Below are positions 11,881-25,760 of a stretch of 64,000 bases of DNA, in pieces. Under the pieces are notes generated by a model. The model was not told the origin of the DNA and made no database searches. It saw only the letters and a program-made list of their open reading frames with translations. The translations under genes and the position numbers were made by a program. Position 1 is the first letter of the stretch. Every line of letters starts with the position of its first letter. Location of the stretch: contig CDROCS010000171.1 of NCBI GenBank assembly GCA_977020255.1, positions 124,001 through 188,000 on the forward strand. The letters are read 5' to 3'. Source of the DNA: Obrimoposthia wandeli (Eukaryota).

Positions 11881-14529
11881 GAAACTTCAAGTTCAAATAA
11901 TTGAATAAGAAATAATCGTATGTAAAGACTGGAAATATAAGTTTTGATGTAAAAATCGTAAAACTACAACAGTATACAACAGTGTGCAATTATTGATAGG
12001 AGATTGTTCTAATTTTGAGAATTCAGAAGATATATAAATGCGTTTCTGTTCAAAATATATTATAGCCGGTAACTTTAAAGCCTTTGAATAATTATCATTT
12101 TATTGTTATGGAATTTACGCTATGATAAATATATTATGCTATGTATTCTGCAGAGATAACTTTCAAATGATGGTCAAATATTAAATTATGTAAAACTATA
12201 AACTGTAAAACTTTGGTATAGAATGTTTTTAATTATAAATCGATGTTGTGTAAAGATTTTTTAAATTCTTTCCTAACATGTGAAAATAAAAGTAAAATAG
12301 TTTCCTCATAAATATATACTACAAATATTTACTTTAAGTAAAATAAAATTAAGAATCTTAACCTTGAATAACAGAAGTGGCTCATTGATTGGGTGATTTG
12401 TAGGCGAATGGGATGGGATATTTTCTCCTCGTTGTTCCGGATTATATTGACCATATATAGCTAACAAGGTCAAAAGACCGTCCAGGATAGTCACTGGTTG
12501 AGGTTGACCTAGATTCGTGACCTTGAGATTAAATAGTGCCAGGACGTACATTTTGCAGACAAATTCAATAATTCAAAACCACGAACGTGAGTTAGCATTA
12601 TTGTGTATTAAAAACGTTTTCAAATATTAATTATTATATTTTTAGATAAAACGAAATCTTTATCCGAATCAGAAAAGTCTAATTTATTATTTTTCTTTGT
12701 TAGTGATTGAAATATTTTTGTTAATATTATATGTAACTTTTTTAATGGTATTATTTTAATTCTTTTAATTAGTTTAGCTAGATTTTTTAAAAAAAAATCA
12801 ATAATCACATTACAAAAAACTAAAATTTAATGCAGCTTTTTAATATGTATGATTTTATTTCTGTACTATGATTATGAATCTGGTACAGTACGTTTCCCAT
12901 TATCCGGCTCCCAATTACCTAAATATGTTATAAAATTAAAAAAATATATATATATATAAATACAATTTTTATTTTGTGGAATGTACTATGTCTAAAAGTA
13001 AAAAACGTCAATCAACAAAAGAAAAAGAGTTGTTATAACAACTGATGATAAACTTCATATATTGAAGGATATAAAAACCAAAGTACGAAGTTGGGTTCAG
13101 CCAAACGTTTGTTATAAATTTTGTTTCTAAAGCTGCCTACTAACAAACGTGACCAGCAGGAAAAGAGACCGTTATGAAGTTGGAAAGTTATGAAGACCTG
13201 AGCTTTTGAAATACTTGGTGTCGCACTATGCACCTTGTAATATTATCAAATAAAACACTTTTCTATGTGGAAAAATAAAATATTAGAAGGATTTTGGTAA
13301 GTAAGGGTTGTTTTACGAAATTTAGAATGCACATCATCATTTTCACACAAGCAAAATTATGCTACTAAATTAGCTTAAATCTAGATTTATATCAAATTAA
13401 TTAAATATTTTAAAAATGACCTATTTTGTGATTTTAAAAAGTTCTCTATTTCCCTGTTTAAAATTTGCTCGTGTTGAATAATTTTCTCATATACAAGATC
13501 CGCGTCATCGTCTAAAGTTGTATCTTGTTAGATTTGTTAAATCAATAAATTTGAATAACAATAGTAAAGGAATTTTCCTCATCATCTACAGTTGTTTTTG
13601 GCTTTTATTGTGTAGTCCAATACAATGGAAAATATATAACATAGATAAGAATGACTCACTTCACTTCAATTGGTCCTATTTAACCACCAAGCTAATTCGA
13701 TATTCTTAGACCCAAATCAGATGCGAACTAGCAGCTGGTACATCAAATTGTTTAGATCATGAAAACTTTGTATTCATTTTCTAACTTTAATGAAGTGCCT
13801 TAAAACAGCTCCTTCACCAGCTGACATTATTATAAAATTCAAAAATTTTATGGAGCTTTAGTAAACTATATATATTATAAAATCCAATCTTTTTATTAGT
13901 GGAGATTCTGATGCGAATGTTATTAGGTAAAAATAAGGTTAAAATTTCAGTTAAAGTCAAAAGAAGTTAAAAAAATCTTAAGAATGTTTGTAATTTATAT
14001 TGTATTGTAATACGATTTTTTTAAATTTACAAGAATACATGTACGTTAAAATAATAATGATCTATATCATTTTTTACTTCATTTAATTATTAATTTCATA
14101 TACATTTATATATGCCTAAACTGGCTTCCAATAATATTGTAAAGTTAAATGTGATAATAAGTTATTACCATGAAAATTTGTGAAGAGCAGCAACGATACT
14201 CTGTATTGCAAATTATGTTAAAGTTATGTGATAAATAGTAAAGTAATTAAAGAATTATAAGAATTTCGTCAGGTTATTAAAGCCGAAGAAACCAATTCAA
14301 CGATTTCTAGTGTCTCACAATTTGAAATATGCAAATAAGATTTATTATTTAATTAATATTATTCTTAGTTGTTTCTAGAAGTTTATATTTCGCTTAAAAA
14401 ACTTCTTGATCCATCATACAAAAATATTTAATCTATTTAATAATCCTTGTCCATCCAAATCAAACCGTTCAACTGAAGTGAAATATTAAATAAAAAAAGG
14501 AAAAATTACAGAATGAACACTTATTTTTA

Positions 14530-15422
14530 ATGATTTATGAAACAACCTTAGATAATGAGAACTATTTTCATATCCTTACAGGTTCGTTAAATAATCCATT
14601 TGATTTTTTAGTAGATTGTATAAATTTAAAAACGAATGTAAATAGTCCATTTATATGCCAAACTATTGATGATATTTTAAAATTTCTAGTTGTTGATCGA
14701 TCAAATTTTAATCTTCTTATGACGGATGCTGCTTCGTATATGATTTTAGATGATAAACACTTAAAAAAATGCATCCACTATTATTGCTCATTATCTGCTT
14801 TGCATTCTTTTGCAAAATAGTTTTTTACGTCTACATAATAATTATTCTTCGATTGATGATGTATATGTGCTTCTGTTAGAACAGCTACAATTAAAAAAGT
14901 AGTCGTAGGGGATTATTTAAAGATATTGACAATCCTCAAAACCTGTTATAACAAGATTGGGTACTTGATTATCTGTATCACTTTGGAATTCTGAAAATAT
15001 ACCAGTTGTAAAACAATTAAATAAATTATTTTTCTGGAAATGAAATTTTAGTAAGTAGAGCTAAATTAACAATTAATCATCCTTCACTTTAACAATAATT
15101 AATTATTGTAGCGAAATACAAGAATATTCGATAATTAATTAAAATGTATCGATTAAATGAATATACTGTTACAGATTCAATAAATGCTATAAATGGGATA
15201 AGTTTAAAGCATGATCCATTCGGTATTATGGCTTATAATAATAAAAGATTGAATCGAAATGACTTAAAAACATTAATTGATGGAGAGGGATCTGACATTG
15301 CTCCTGCGATTTTTACATTACTGCAGAATTGCCATCCAACAAATTTCCCTACAAAAAGAGATTTTTCGATGTGGAAACATCTTGTCAGGAAAGACAGAAT
15401 TTCAAACCGTAAAATGTTATAA
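14530..15422 (+). pseudogene. Decayed hAT-like (DUF659-type) transposase
   Basis: ORF fragments ICQTIDDILKFL...LLMTDAASYM and C-terminal PTNFPTKRDFSMWK...R, recognised by motif only. Confidence 0.5.
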
Positions 15423-16635
15423 ACTATATTTAACTGATGCACAACAAATTTTTATGATTTGGAAATAAATATATTATTGTTTTATAGTTTTAGAATTTTT
15501 TGAGTCAAAATAAGGTAAATTTATTTTGAAATATAAAGTCAATTTTTAAAATGTTTTATAACAAATTTTAGGTTGCACTGATTATAATAAATTATTTCAC
15601 AGTAATCAATTTAAACATATTCAAGTAGTGTAACAAATGCGCGATGATTTAGCGCTTGTTTATAGATAAAGATTATTGTTTTAATTACGGATTCTGCATC
15701 ATTATTCTTCAGCAATCTTTTCGCACATTATCTATGAACTATCAGTTTAAGATAACTGATCTACAGTATTCCAATACATTTTCTCACGGGAATCACATAT
15801 ACAGCAACAATTTGCCAAATTATGTGCTTATAGTGCTTTTGTATTTATAAAATAAGATAGGATATAATATATTTATGAAACGCCAGAATCAAATTACTCA
15901 AAGACAGATTAAATTTGCTTACAGGAAATCCTTCAATTTTCATTATAAAGCAGCAGGCACTCTTCAAAGTATGTTTTAAATATGAAAGTCCTCGGCGTTG
16001 TTTATAAGTCTAAATTCTATCAATTCATGATTCATAATGATATATTATTATAAAATTTTTCATAAAATACTCAATAATAGAGGCTTTTACAATTAGCTTT
16101 TGTGATTCTTCCCGTCTCTTTGTCATTTAATTTCAATTTTTAAATGTTATCAGATCGCTGATGTATGTTGGTTGATAAAAATATATGTTTTCTGAATAAT
16201 TAACAGAATTTAAAATTCAATTACCGATTTTATCGGTTGCCAATGATAAATCTATATGATAAGGGGCTATGCTATCTCTTTTTGTCGTTAAAATACTAAC
16301 CTTGAATTTTGTTAAAATAACTTTGAGGGGATTAAAATGTTTCGTTAGTGGCGTATAGAGCAGTGATATCTGAAATCTAATCTTTAACTAACAGCTCAGT
16401 GCGTAACCATAATTGTCTGTGTTAGCCGCAATTGGACTATCCATACAAGCCGTTTAAAAATAATTCAAATACTTTTCAAAATTCAAAACTTTATTATTTT
16501 ATTTACAATATTTAAACAAATTTTGAGAAACTTCCACTGTATATTCTAGCCTATTCTAGAATATATTTTTATATATTTAAATTTTATTTATCAAAAATTA
16601 CATTTTTCTCAACCTCCTTACATTCCCCCTCTTTT

Positions 16636-16923
16636 TTACATTTTTTTAATCTTTTCCACATTCCGTATAATTTGCTTTTTTCCTTTGTCTTCTAGCTTGT
16701 AACTCCTATCATGGAGTTTTTCGATAATTTTGTAAGGTCCTTCGTAACAGTCTTCATCTTTGTTTCGAACTTCTTTGTTAACCCAAACATCTTCGCCTAT
16801 CTGAAATGTTCTCCGAGTCTCTTCTTCCTTTTCATCGCTACCATCCTTTAATCTGACTCTTATTTTATGTCGATCTGTATCATCATAATTGTACCATTTT
16901 AATGTATCAATTTTTTCCCCCAA
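16636..16923 (-). pseudogene. Retrotransposon integrase C-terminal (SH3-like) fragment
   Basis: FQIGEDVWV...YEGPYKIIEKLHDRSYKL immediately upstream of the PPT. Confidence 0.75.
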
Positions 16924-17742
16924 AAACTACTTCTTCTGGGCTGACTCCTATTGTCTTTTGCTTCGTTGCGTTAATCGTAAATTCCACCTCTGGTAATATC
17001 TCTGCCCAACTTGTTAAGTTTGGGCAATTTCTTCTTATATGCCCTTGCATTTTACATCCGAAGCAATTAATGGTATTGGCATTCCTTTTTCGGCATTCCC
17101 AGCTGATATGTCCTCTTTCTCCACATGTCCAGCATCGTTTATCAGCCTCACTGCGACTATCTTGTCTTATAAACCGTTCTTGTCCTCCATTTGTTGTTTT
17201 ACGTTTCCACGCTTCGCTGAACGTTGGTTTCATCGCGCTTACTTGATGCGTTTCTTTCTTGATCTCATCCATTTTCTTTATCACCTTCTTAATTTATGTT
17301 GCTTCTGAGATCTCCTGCATTTTTATCTCCTTGTGCGTCTCACTGTCGTTTATACAGTGAAGAAGGAAGCATTTTTCCAAATCTTCTTCGTCCCATTTGT
17401 GTTGGGCCAATTTCTTTACAATTTGTCTTATTTTTACAAAATATTCTTCTGCGCTTTGTCTTCATTTTTCCGATAGGTTAAAGCTTCTGTCAACTCTTCT
17501 ATCCTGGACGATTTCTTTTGGAATGCTGCTCGCAATTTCTCGTCAAATCGTTTGACCGAACTATCCACATTTTCATATTGAGGTATTAACTCATATGACA
17601 GTAATGCTGTTACCATCGTCTGTCTCGCCTTGTTGTCCATTTTTGCCAAGTCGAAGTATCTTCTGCAACTCGAAATAAATACTTCTACATCATCTTTCTT
17701 CTTAAATCGGTCCGGAATTAATCTTGAGATTAATTGTTCCAA
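16907..17742 (-). pseudogene. gag: gag remnant with two CCHC zinc knuckles fused in frame to an integrase C-terminal piece
   Basis: CWTCGERGHISWEC and CFGCKMQGHIRRNC followed directly by WAEILPEVEFTINAT...GVSPEEVVFG. Confidence 0.8.
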
Positions 17743-19419
17743 GGTCGTGGTAAGCCGCGATTAGACTATCCATACTAGCCGTTTAAAAATAATTAAGTAA
17801 TTCAAATACTTTTCACAATTCAAAACTTTATTATTTTATTTACAATATGTTAACAAATTTTGAGAAACTTCCACTTAGTATATTCTAGCCCGCATATAGT
17901 ATAATCTCTAATTCAAATGTCATGTGAATAATCTTCATATATTTAAATTTTAGTTATCAAAAATTACATTCTTCTCAACCTCCTTACAGTCTTTATTCAA
18001 AAAATGTTATCTCAAATTTATCTGTGATTCATGCAAAACAATGACACAATTTCTTACAGAAAATTTTGAACTAAATTGTGTCATTCTTTTCTATACAAAT
18101 GTAACATAATTTCTATAATCTAGAATATGTATTTAATCTTTTGAAATAAAATTCCTTCAATTTACCAGTAATGATTTCACTTCTGAATGACTCTGCAGCG
18201 CTTGTCGTTTTTATTGCTCTTTTACGAGTTTGTCAGTAGTCTACTCGATTGGAAATATTGATTAATTCGATTTGTAGAAGTTTGGGAATTAGTTGGAAAA
18301 TTTGGTACGATGTTCTAATTACTACAATGCCTATTAGTGTTAGAGTTAAATTTAAAATAACATTAAAATAACAAATGTTTACCATTATATTACTATCCTT
18401 AAAAACTTTTAAGCAAATAAATAACAATTGCTTAAGTTATGAATAAAGTGTATACCAAAATACTTATTAAAATGTTATGTAGTGACCCACAAGTAAGAAT
18501 AATAATTTTAAAATATTAATTAATTTTGTGTAAAATTCACCTTTTTACAAATAACATTTTAAAGAAAGACCTTAGATCAAAATCTAAACTACACATAAAT
18601 TAGTAATGAAATATCGATTTTTTTCATGTATGCTCGAAAGGTTTTCACCTTTCACCTTTTGTATTAAGAAAAGATTTACAAAAATGTGATTTTTTGTTAA
18701 TTAAATTGTTAACTAATTAAACTTTAAAGAAGAATTTCTAAACATCTAAAAGTCGCAAATAAATGAACAAAACATCATTTTAAAGCATATATTATTTCCT
18801 ATTGAAAAATGTACGCTCATCAAAATCCCACCTTTGGGTAAAAAAGTCATATAGTATAAGAAAGTACATAAAACTTTACAATACTAACAGGCAAACACAT
18901 ACTAACGGGTTACCCGATGGAACCTAAGTGGGCAAATTATCTAAAGGACCAAACCCAATTTAGATTAAACTAATCTAAATCAAAAGCCCCGACAGGAAGA
19001 CCTGGGCACTACATAGTAATTAAAAGAATATAAAAATCCTGGCTTTTGGAAATAGGATCACTTTACAATTTTACTGGACATCGTGCAGATTTCCTCCTTA
19101 GAATATTACAGATCTTTATTTATTTTTATTTTATTTTGTTTTAAATTTTAAAGTGTTCATCATCAGTGTCGTCATTTTTTTATGTTAAAGTTTTAAAATA
19201 TTAAAATTTTGTTAAAGTACTCTCACAATTGTTGGATCTCTGGTCATTTGTATTATACTGTTATTATTCACCAGTTTGATGACATTAATAAAATCATATA
19301 TAACATGTTGGTTTGTTTTAAGCCCAACATTAGGAAATAATACTATTTTTTGCATGTTTACAAAGGTTTAAGTGATTTTTAACAACTGAAAATCTAATAA
19401 AAACAATTGGATAATTTTC

Positions 19420-19653
19420 ACTCGGTTCATACCACATATCCAGTTCTGCTTACCGAAAAGGACCCACTCGGCATTCATGTCAAATTGTTCTACTCTGATC
19501 AATAAAGCCATAAATCATACCCATTTAAAGTTTGAGAATACGTTGAGGATGTTATATTCTCGGTACTTCTAATCATTCACTTTACCAAACACAAATACGC
19601 TCCAAATTTCAGCTATCCCGAGAGAATCATCAAATGCAACCAGATACTAGATG
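19420..19653 (-). rRNA. 28S: 28S rRNA pseudogene fragment
   Basis: Reverse complement of conserved LSU segments (CCAGTTCTGCTTACC, CCCATTTAAAGTTTGAGAATA, TTCAGCTATCC), with many substitutions. Confidence 0.85.
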
Positions 19654-21330
19654 ATTTTTGTACCTTAATAGAAGTCTGATTATCCATAGAAGTCGTTTTT
19701 CTTCATCATTCCCTTCAAGATTGATATTCTTGTAAAGAGTTTCATAAGTAATACTAATTTAATTTAAGTAAATACAAATTATTCAAAATATATAACGCTT
19801 TCAAATTTACAACAACATTCGTGAAAGTATAACTACACATGTAAATCAGCTTGATTTGCTGACTGTTCCGAAAATAATAAATTATTACAGAATAATTATT
19901 GCAAAATAGTGTTTATTTATTAAGTGTAAATAGCAGTATTTTTGTTTGATTCGAGTAATACAGAACAAAAATAATTTCCACAATATATATATATATATAG
20001 AAAAATTAAAAAACGTAAATTTCATTTGATGCTGACTACCGTAAATTAAAACTATCGCTATTTGACGATGATGACTATTTTACAAATATTTTAAAATAAT
20101 TAATGGTAAAATAAAAAGTTACTGGTAAGCGTATAACCATGACCAAATTTACATACGTGGAACTTTCAATATGTACCTAGCCTAAAATAGAAATATAACA
20201 AATATAAATCATCACTATATATAGGTAAAAATTATTTATTTTATTTTAATTAATCTCTTTTATTTACTTTGTTTTTCGCACATTTTCAAATTTCTGCTGC
20301 AGGACAAGGGCCCCAAGACTAGAGGGTTCAATTGGAGCCATGATAAAAATAAAGTTATGAAAAGATAGTAGAATTGTAGATACACTTCATTCTAAATGCA
20401 TTTCTGCAGGTTGTAAATTTCAGAACAAATATTTTCAAGTTGCTAATGAAATAAATTGATTGATTACCAAAATCATTAAAACTATTTACTTGCTTTTGTT
20501 TTAAAGAAAACAGCATAGCAAAAACATATTTTTTATTTTATTTTATATAATTATCATTTGAAAATATAATAAACCGAAAAAGGAAATTATTTTAATAATT
20601 ATAAGCCGCTTATTTTTACATTTTTATTTTAATTATAAAATGAAGCACAACAACTTTTCATTTAAACTATACGTACTTAAATTTCTATTTTCCACATGAT
20701 CCTTTTGAAACAAAATCATAATTTTTTATTATTAACTTTTTTAAAGAAAAAAATAGTTTCAAACATATTGGTGAAATGATTATTAATTTAAAGTATTACA
20801 ATGAATTGTCAAATTAATAAATTTATAAGAACATGCAATTATCTATTAAGAAAATATTTTACTACAATGCTAAAACCTGCATTTAATACACCAAGACTCG
20901 ATTTTCAAATGTATTTTCTGTTTAATATTCGAGGATAAATCACTTACAGAAAATTTTAAACAAAGCCGTCAGTACGAGTGAACACTTATTGAAACTTCTT
21001 TGGATACCGTTCAATGACAAAGATTAATTCTTATCAAAAATGTATTCTCTCACAAAAGCCTTAGTAAGGATAAGATGTTTTTGAGTCTGGTTCAATGGAC
21101 ATGTTCAATGTAGGCTGATGCACATATCAATAAAATGTTTGGTATTAGTCTTTAAAAGATGTAAAAATTAATTCCCATTAAAATACTGCTACAATTTTAA
21201 AATCCATTTAGTATAAGAGTTTCGCATATCATTTTAATTCACTATAACAGAAGTTAATTTCTTTAAAGGTACTTATATTATACCTAGAATAAACGTTTCA
21301 AAAATAATGAAAGAATAGCTGCTGTAGCTG

Positions 21331-21791
21331 TTGAAATATCCTCAATTAATTGCTTTTTATGGGTTTTGGATGTTGAGAGAGGAAATTCAGAACTTTATGA
21401 AGGAAAATGACAGCGACACTACTCAATCCCTTGGTGAGCAATGGCTTTTGGATTTGTGTTTTCTAACAGATATAACAAGGAAGTTGAATGAACTGAATTT
21501 GAAACTGAAATGTGCAACTCATATAACTACAGAATATTATCAGGACATCAGAGCATTCGTCACCAAACTTTTACCGTACAAAATACAACTGAGATCAAAC
21601 AATGCCGCTCATTTCTCTATATTAAAGGAATTTACTGATGACAGACTAGATGTTTCAAAATATGCTACAGAATTTGCCAAACTGCCCAAAGGATTTCTAG
21701 AGAGATTTGTCTTTTTGAAAAAGGATGGGCAAAATTTCCAAATTTGTATGTGTCCATTTAATGTTGACCTTCAACACGGAAATCTCACCCG
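21331..21791 (+). pseudogene. hAT transposase fragment (GTF2IRD2/SPIN-like), truncated by the gap
   Basis: WLLDLCFLTDITRKLNELNLKLK matches the typical WLxDLAFLxDIxxHLNxLNxxLQG motif. Confidence 0.65.
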
Positions 21792-21924
21792 NNNNNNNNN
21801 NNNNNNNNNNNNNNNNNNNNNNNNNNNNNNNNNNNNNNNNNNNNNNNNNNNNNNNNNNNNNNNNNNNNNNNNNNNNNNNNNNNNNNNNNNNNNNNNNNNN
21901 NNNNNNNNNNNNNNNNNNNNNNNN
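21792..21924. other. Assembly gap (133 N)
   Basis: Run of N. Confidence 1.
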
Positions 21925-22247
21925 ATAGTATTTGTGTGATAAGTAGCACAAACTGACTTATTAGAGGAATCAATGGCTTTTAGCCAAATGAGATGGAGCA
22001 ATAACAGGTCTGTAATGCCTTTAGATGTCCGGGGCCGCACGCGCGCGACAATGGCAGTATCAACGAGTATTCAATCCTAGCTAGAAATGACCGGGTAACC
22101 TGCTGAAACACTGTCGTATCAGGAATTGTGGATTGCAATTTTTCCACATGAACGAGGAATCCCTAGTAAGTGCAAGTCATTAGCTTGCGCTGATTACGTC
22201 TCTGCTCTTTGTACACACATCCCGTCGCTACTACCGATTGATTGGTT
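21925..22247 (+). rRNA. 18S: 18S rRNA 3'-region pseudogene fragment
   Basis: GCAATAACAGGTCTGTAATGC, GATGTCCGGGGCCGCACGCGCG and TTGTACACAC.TCCCGTCGCTACTACCGATTG; mutated at normally invariant positions. Confidence 0.9.
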
Positions 22248-24151
22248 GACCTTCAGTCGAATAGCGAGTTTAAATATATGTATGAAAATAAAAATAAAAT
22301 GGAATTTACCAGCTCAGAACATTTTCCAAAATCGAAACAAATGGCAATGTGCATTGTAGCTGCTTTGTATCAAAATTAAAAATTGTTTAACCAAAGTATC
22401 ACAATAAAATTCAGACGAATCAACTACGTTGTGCTACCCCAAAACCTCCAATTGATATCAAAAAATCAAATCAAATTCAAAAGCAAGTTTCAAATTAACT
22501 AAAATGCAATATTTAATTTTTTTAATATGTTTGGCCCTCAATGAATCTGAAATTTCTCTTTTTATCTCAATATATAATTTGGGCAATACTGATACAGATA
22601 ATAATACATAGCTTGGGCGTTAAATTGAAATTGAAAAGATAATTAAGAAGAAATTATAATTACAAATTAAAATTACAAACTTCGGGAACTGCCTCCGCAT
22701 ATCAACAAGAATATGATCAATTGCTGTTAAATACAAAAGTTTTATCAAGACGTTTCAGTTTCACAAACACGGCAGTGGATTATTTATTATTCTCTTTCAA
22801 TTGAAGAGAACTTATAAAAAAAATTATAAATAATCAACCATCTGATTTCATATTTTCTTTGAGACTCGTTTTCGTGACTAGTGGAAATTATAACTATTGC
22901 ATGTTTTTCAAACATGTCGTTGAAGAAATGTTTGTGAAATATATATAAATAAATATGTACCTAAATATATATGCATGTGCTATACTCAATGAAGAAAATA
23001 ATTAATGTGACAATGACATTTTTCCTGTAAATTTCGTCACTCTTTATTGCACCACTACTGTTGCTGCTGACTATTAATGCAAAATGATTGTCTGTTAATC
23101 TTGTTTCAGATTTTAGATTTTAGATTTTAGATTTTTCATAAAAGAAAACCTGTCCACACTTGTAGACACTTACAAACATAGATACAACTTTATTTGGATT
23201 CTTAAAGATTTCTTGGTATTCTTCTTTATTTAAATACTTATTACATAATTCCAGTAAACTTACTTCTCTGTGAGCAACTTACAGTCTTTGCTTTGAAACT
23301 ATATTAATTCTATCAATATCTATCCTCAATTCCATTAAAGACAACAGAGAATAAGTCAAAAAGTAATCTGGGATAAATCTTCAAAATCAGTTGTCAAGGT
23401 TTTAGATAAAGCATCATATTTTTCGAACGTGTTATAGTACACTGAACAAAATATTTTTAAGAACTTCCAATGGCTTTTAGTAGACACAATCAGATTCTGA
23501 ATGAAAGTTTTAGAAAACAACGAATGCGTGGAGTTAAAACTAACTTTTATCAGCCTGTCCGTAAATTTCAGAAGTTTCTAAGTTTAAAAACACCAGAAAT
23601 TTCAGAAAATTTGATGGAGAATATACAATTTTAAAATTTAAATAATTTATGAAGTGGTATTAACTTCATTATAAAATATAAATATAAATTTAATTTCCGA
23701 ATATATATTCAGATGTAAATCTAGAATAAAATACGACATAAACTTTTTAAAATTATTTTCCTTTAAAAAATATGAAATTTTACTTTTTCTTTCTACACAT
23801 CCAAATATTTCAAAACAAAAGTTCCTGACAAAATAATATATAAATTGAAATAGCTTGAGATCTAGAATTTTACACTTCTGTTTATTTCAGTCACTCGACC
23901 TTTAAGATGAACATTGGGCTTGTATACTCAGCTAAAAACGCTTTTGTGAGTGTTCACAAATTTTGTGTTTTGATTTCAAAAGACTTTAAGAGCGTATTCA
24001 AGAACTTTCCTTGACTAAAATTCTCCTTAGCTAAGGAACTGCTCATTTGATTTTAATCCTCAATTAATATCGAGTTTAACTGTTATAAATTAATGGGGAA
24101 AAAATCCAATAAAAATGAATAATTTAAAATAAGATGTACTAAATGATTATA

Positions 24152-25760
24152 TTAAAAGTATAACATTATGTTTAACGAATTTTCAAATACTGGACAATTT
24201 TTTATGAAATATTTTCTTGCTGGCAACATTTGTGCTGCATGTCCATAACCAGAAATGTTTTTTGCCAAGATTGTCACTGTTTGTAGCTGCTGTTTATCAA
24301 ACAAATATTTACATAGAATCGGACAAATGCAATGCACCTTTCTTTCAGATGACCTTGCAGGGGTTTCAATTTAAACATTTGTCGGATTTATTTATTTATT
24401 TATTTGTATTGTCATTTATTTCAGAGTTATCTACAAAATGGAAGAATTATTTTATTAGTTTTAATTTCTATCGAGATATTGTCATAGCAATCACTGGACA
24501 TTCCACCATCTCGCCCTTTTCCCGAAAATTACTTTCTTGGGTACGTTTGTTAAATGAGCTGGTTATCAAAATTCCAAGAAACTGTATCATTTTGTTTACG
24601 ATTAAAATAACTTCATTGACGGTACAATTTCCTCAAAAAGAGTCTAAAGCACCTTTTTAGACACAATGATCCAATATTGAACATCTTTAATCGAATCGAA
24701 TGATGTATAGTACACTTACTTCGAAGAAAGAATTATTTGTTTTGTACATGAAACTAATGTGTTACTTTTTACAAATTTCCCAATTTAACCATTTTCATAA
24801 AATTGCATCAATTAAAACACAATTATAAATTGAGATAGATATTTAACTGCAAAAGACAGTATAAAAGCAAATATAATACTCGACAACACATATTTCTAGT
24901 AAATATGCTATGTTATGTGTGATGTTCCAATATTGTATTAATGGGTCTTAATAGATTATATTTTACAATTTCCAAAATAGTGTTTTATGACAATTAATTA
25001 TATCAGGAAACTTCATTATTATTTGTGGCCACCTGTATGTGCCTGTGTGTACACAATCGAGAGTGAGAAAGAAGGAGACGGATGGATTGCACGTTTATTA
25101 CTTGATAAATTGCGACATTGCGTGTTTGTGTGAGCGTATTTCTGTGTGATAGCCGGACGTGTGAGATTGCGAGTTGTGGTTTGAGGTTGAAATGAGCCTC
25201 TAAGAGACCAATATATTGTTATGTGATCTTAAGTGCTTTGTATTTATTAAACAAGTGTATTGATGTGTTCGAGTGTCCGGCTTTATTTTTATGTTGATTA
25301 GCCAGTTGTTGATAGAAATAAATTAATGGGGACATATGTAAATTTTGTTGTAACAATCCTTCTGTAGAATTTGTCTATATTATAATACTCAAGCAGATTC
25401 CCGTCTATCTTCATTCTCTTAGCTGCTTGTCCAATAACGTCTCTTTGATTTTCCAAGGTATTTTAAAAAAAAGCTTGGACTTCAAATTTCCAACGCACTG
25501 ATATTTTTCTGACATGCGTTAACTGATTTTTTCAACATAACTTTTCATATACTCATTATCCACTTATTTCGATTGAACATAACTACTTTTATTATAAAGA
25601 GATGTCTCCAGAATAGAATTTTCTGAATAATTTTTACGTTGACAGAATCTTCACCTTGTATTTTGTATTTTATTTGGTTGGTTTCTGTTGCTGCTATTCT
25701 TTCTTTCCAATAGTGACGAACAAGTCTTCGAATAACAATGGTTATCCTGCATTTTTAACT
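24152..25760 (-). pseudogene. Decayed transposase-like coding remnant, family unassigned
   Basis: Coding-like fragments (VHCICPILCKYLFDKQQL...GYGHAAQMLPARKYF; RRLVRHYWKER) broken by stops. Confidence 0.3.
25024..25334 (+). mobile_element. Probable small solo LTR (311 bp)
   Basis: GC-richer island TGTGGCC...GGGGACA, imperfect TATT/TATG TSD. Confidence 0.45.

Larger units (their letters stand above)
16420..17988 (-). mobile_element. Miniature non-autonomous Gypsy-like LTR retrotransposon (1569 bp)
   Basis: Direct repeats 16420-16622 and 17749-17988 (consensus TGTAAG...CTTACA). PPT AAAAAAGAGGGGGAA at 16637-16623 on minus. Near-TSD GTCTG/GTCTT. Internal gag and integrase fragments. Confidence 0.85.

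Noticed and set aside
21697-22040. ORFs spanning the N gap and the 18S fragment (also 22126..22359)
   Set aside because: Artefacts of ambiguous bases and rRNA sequence.
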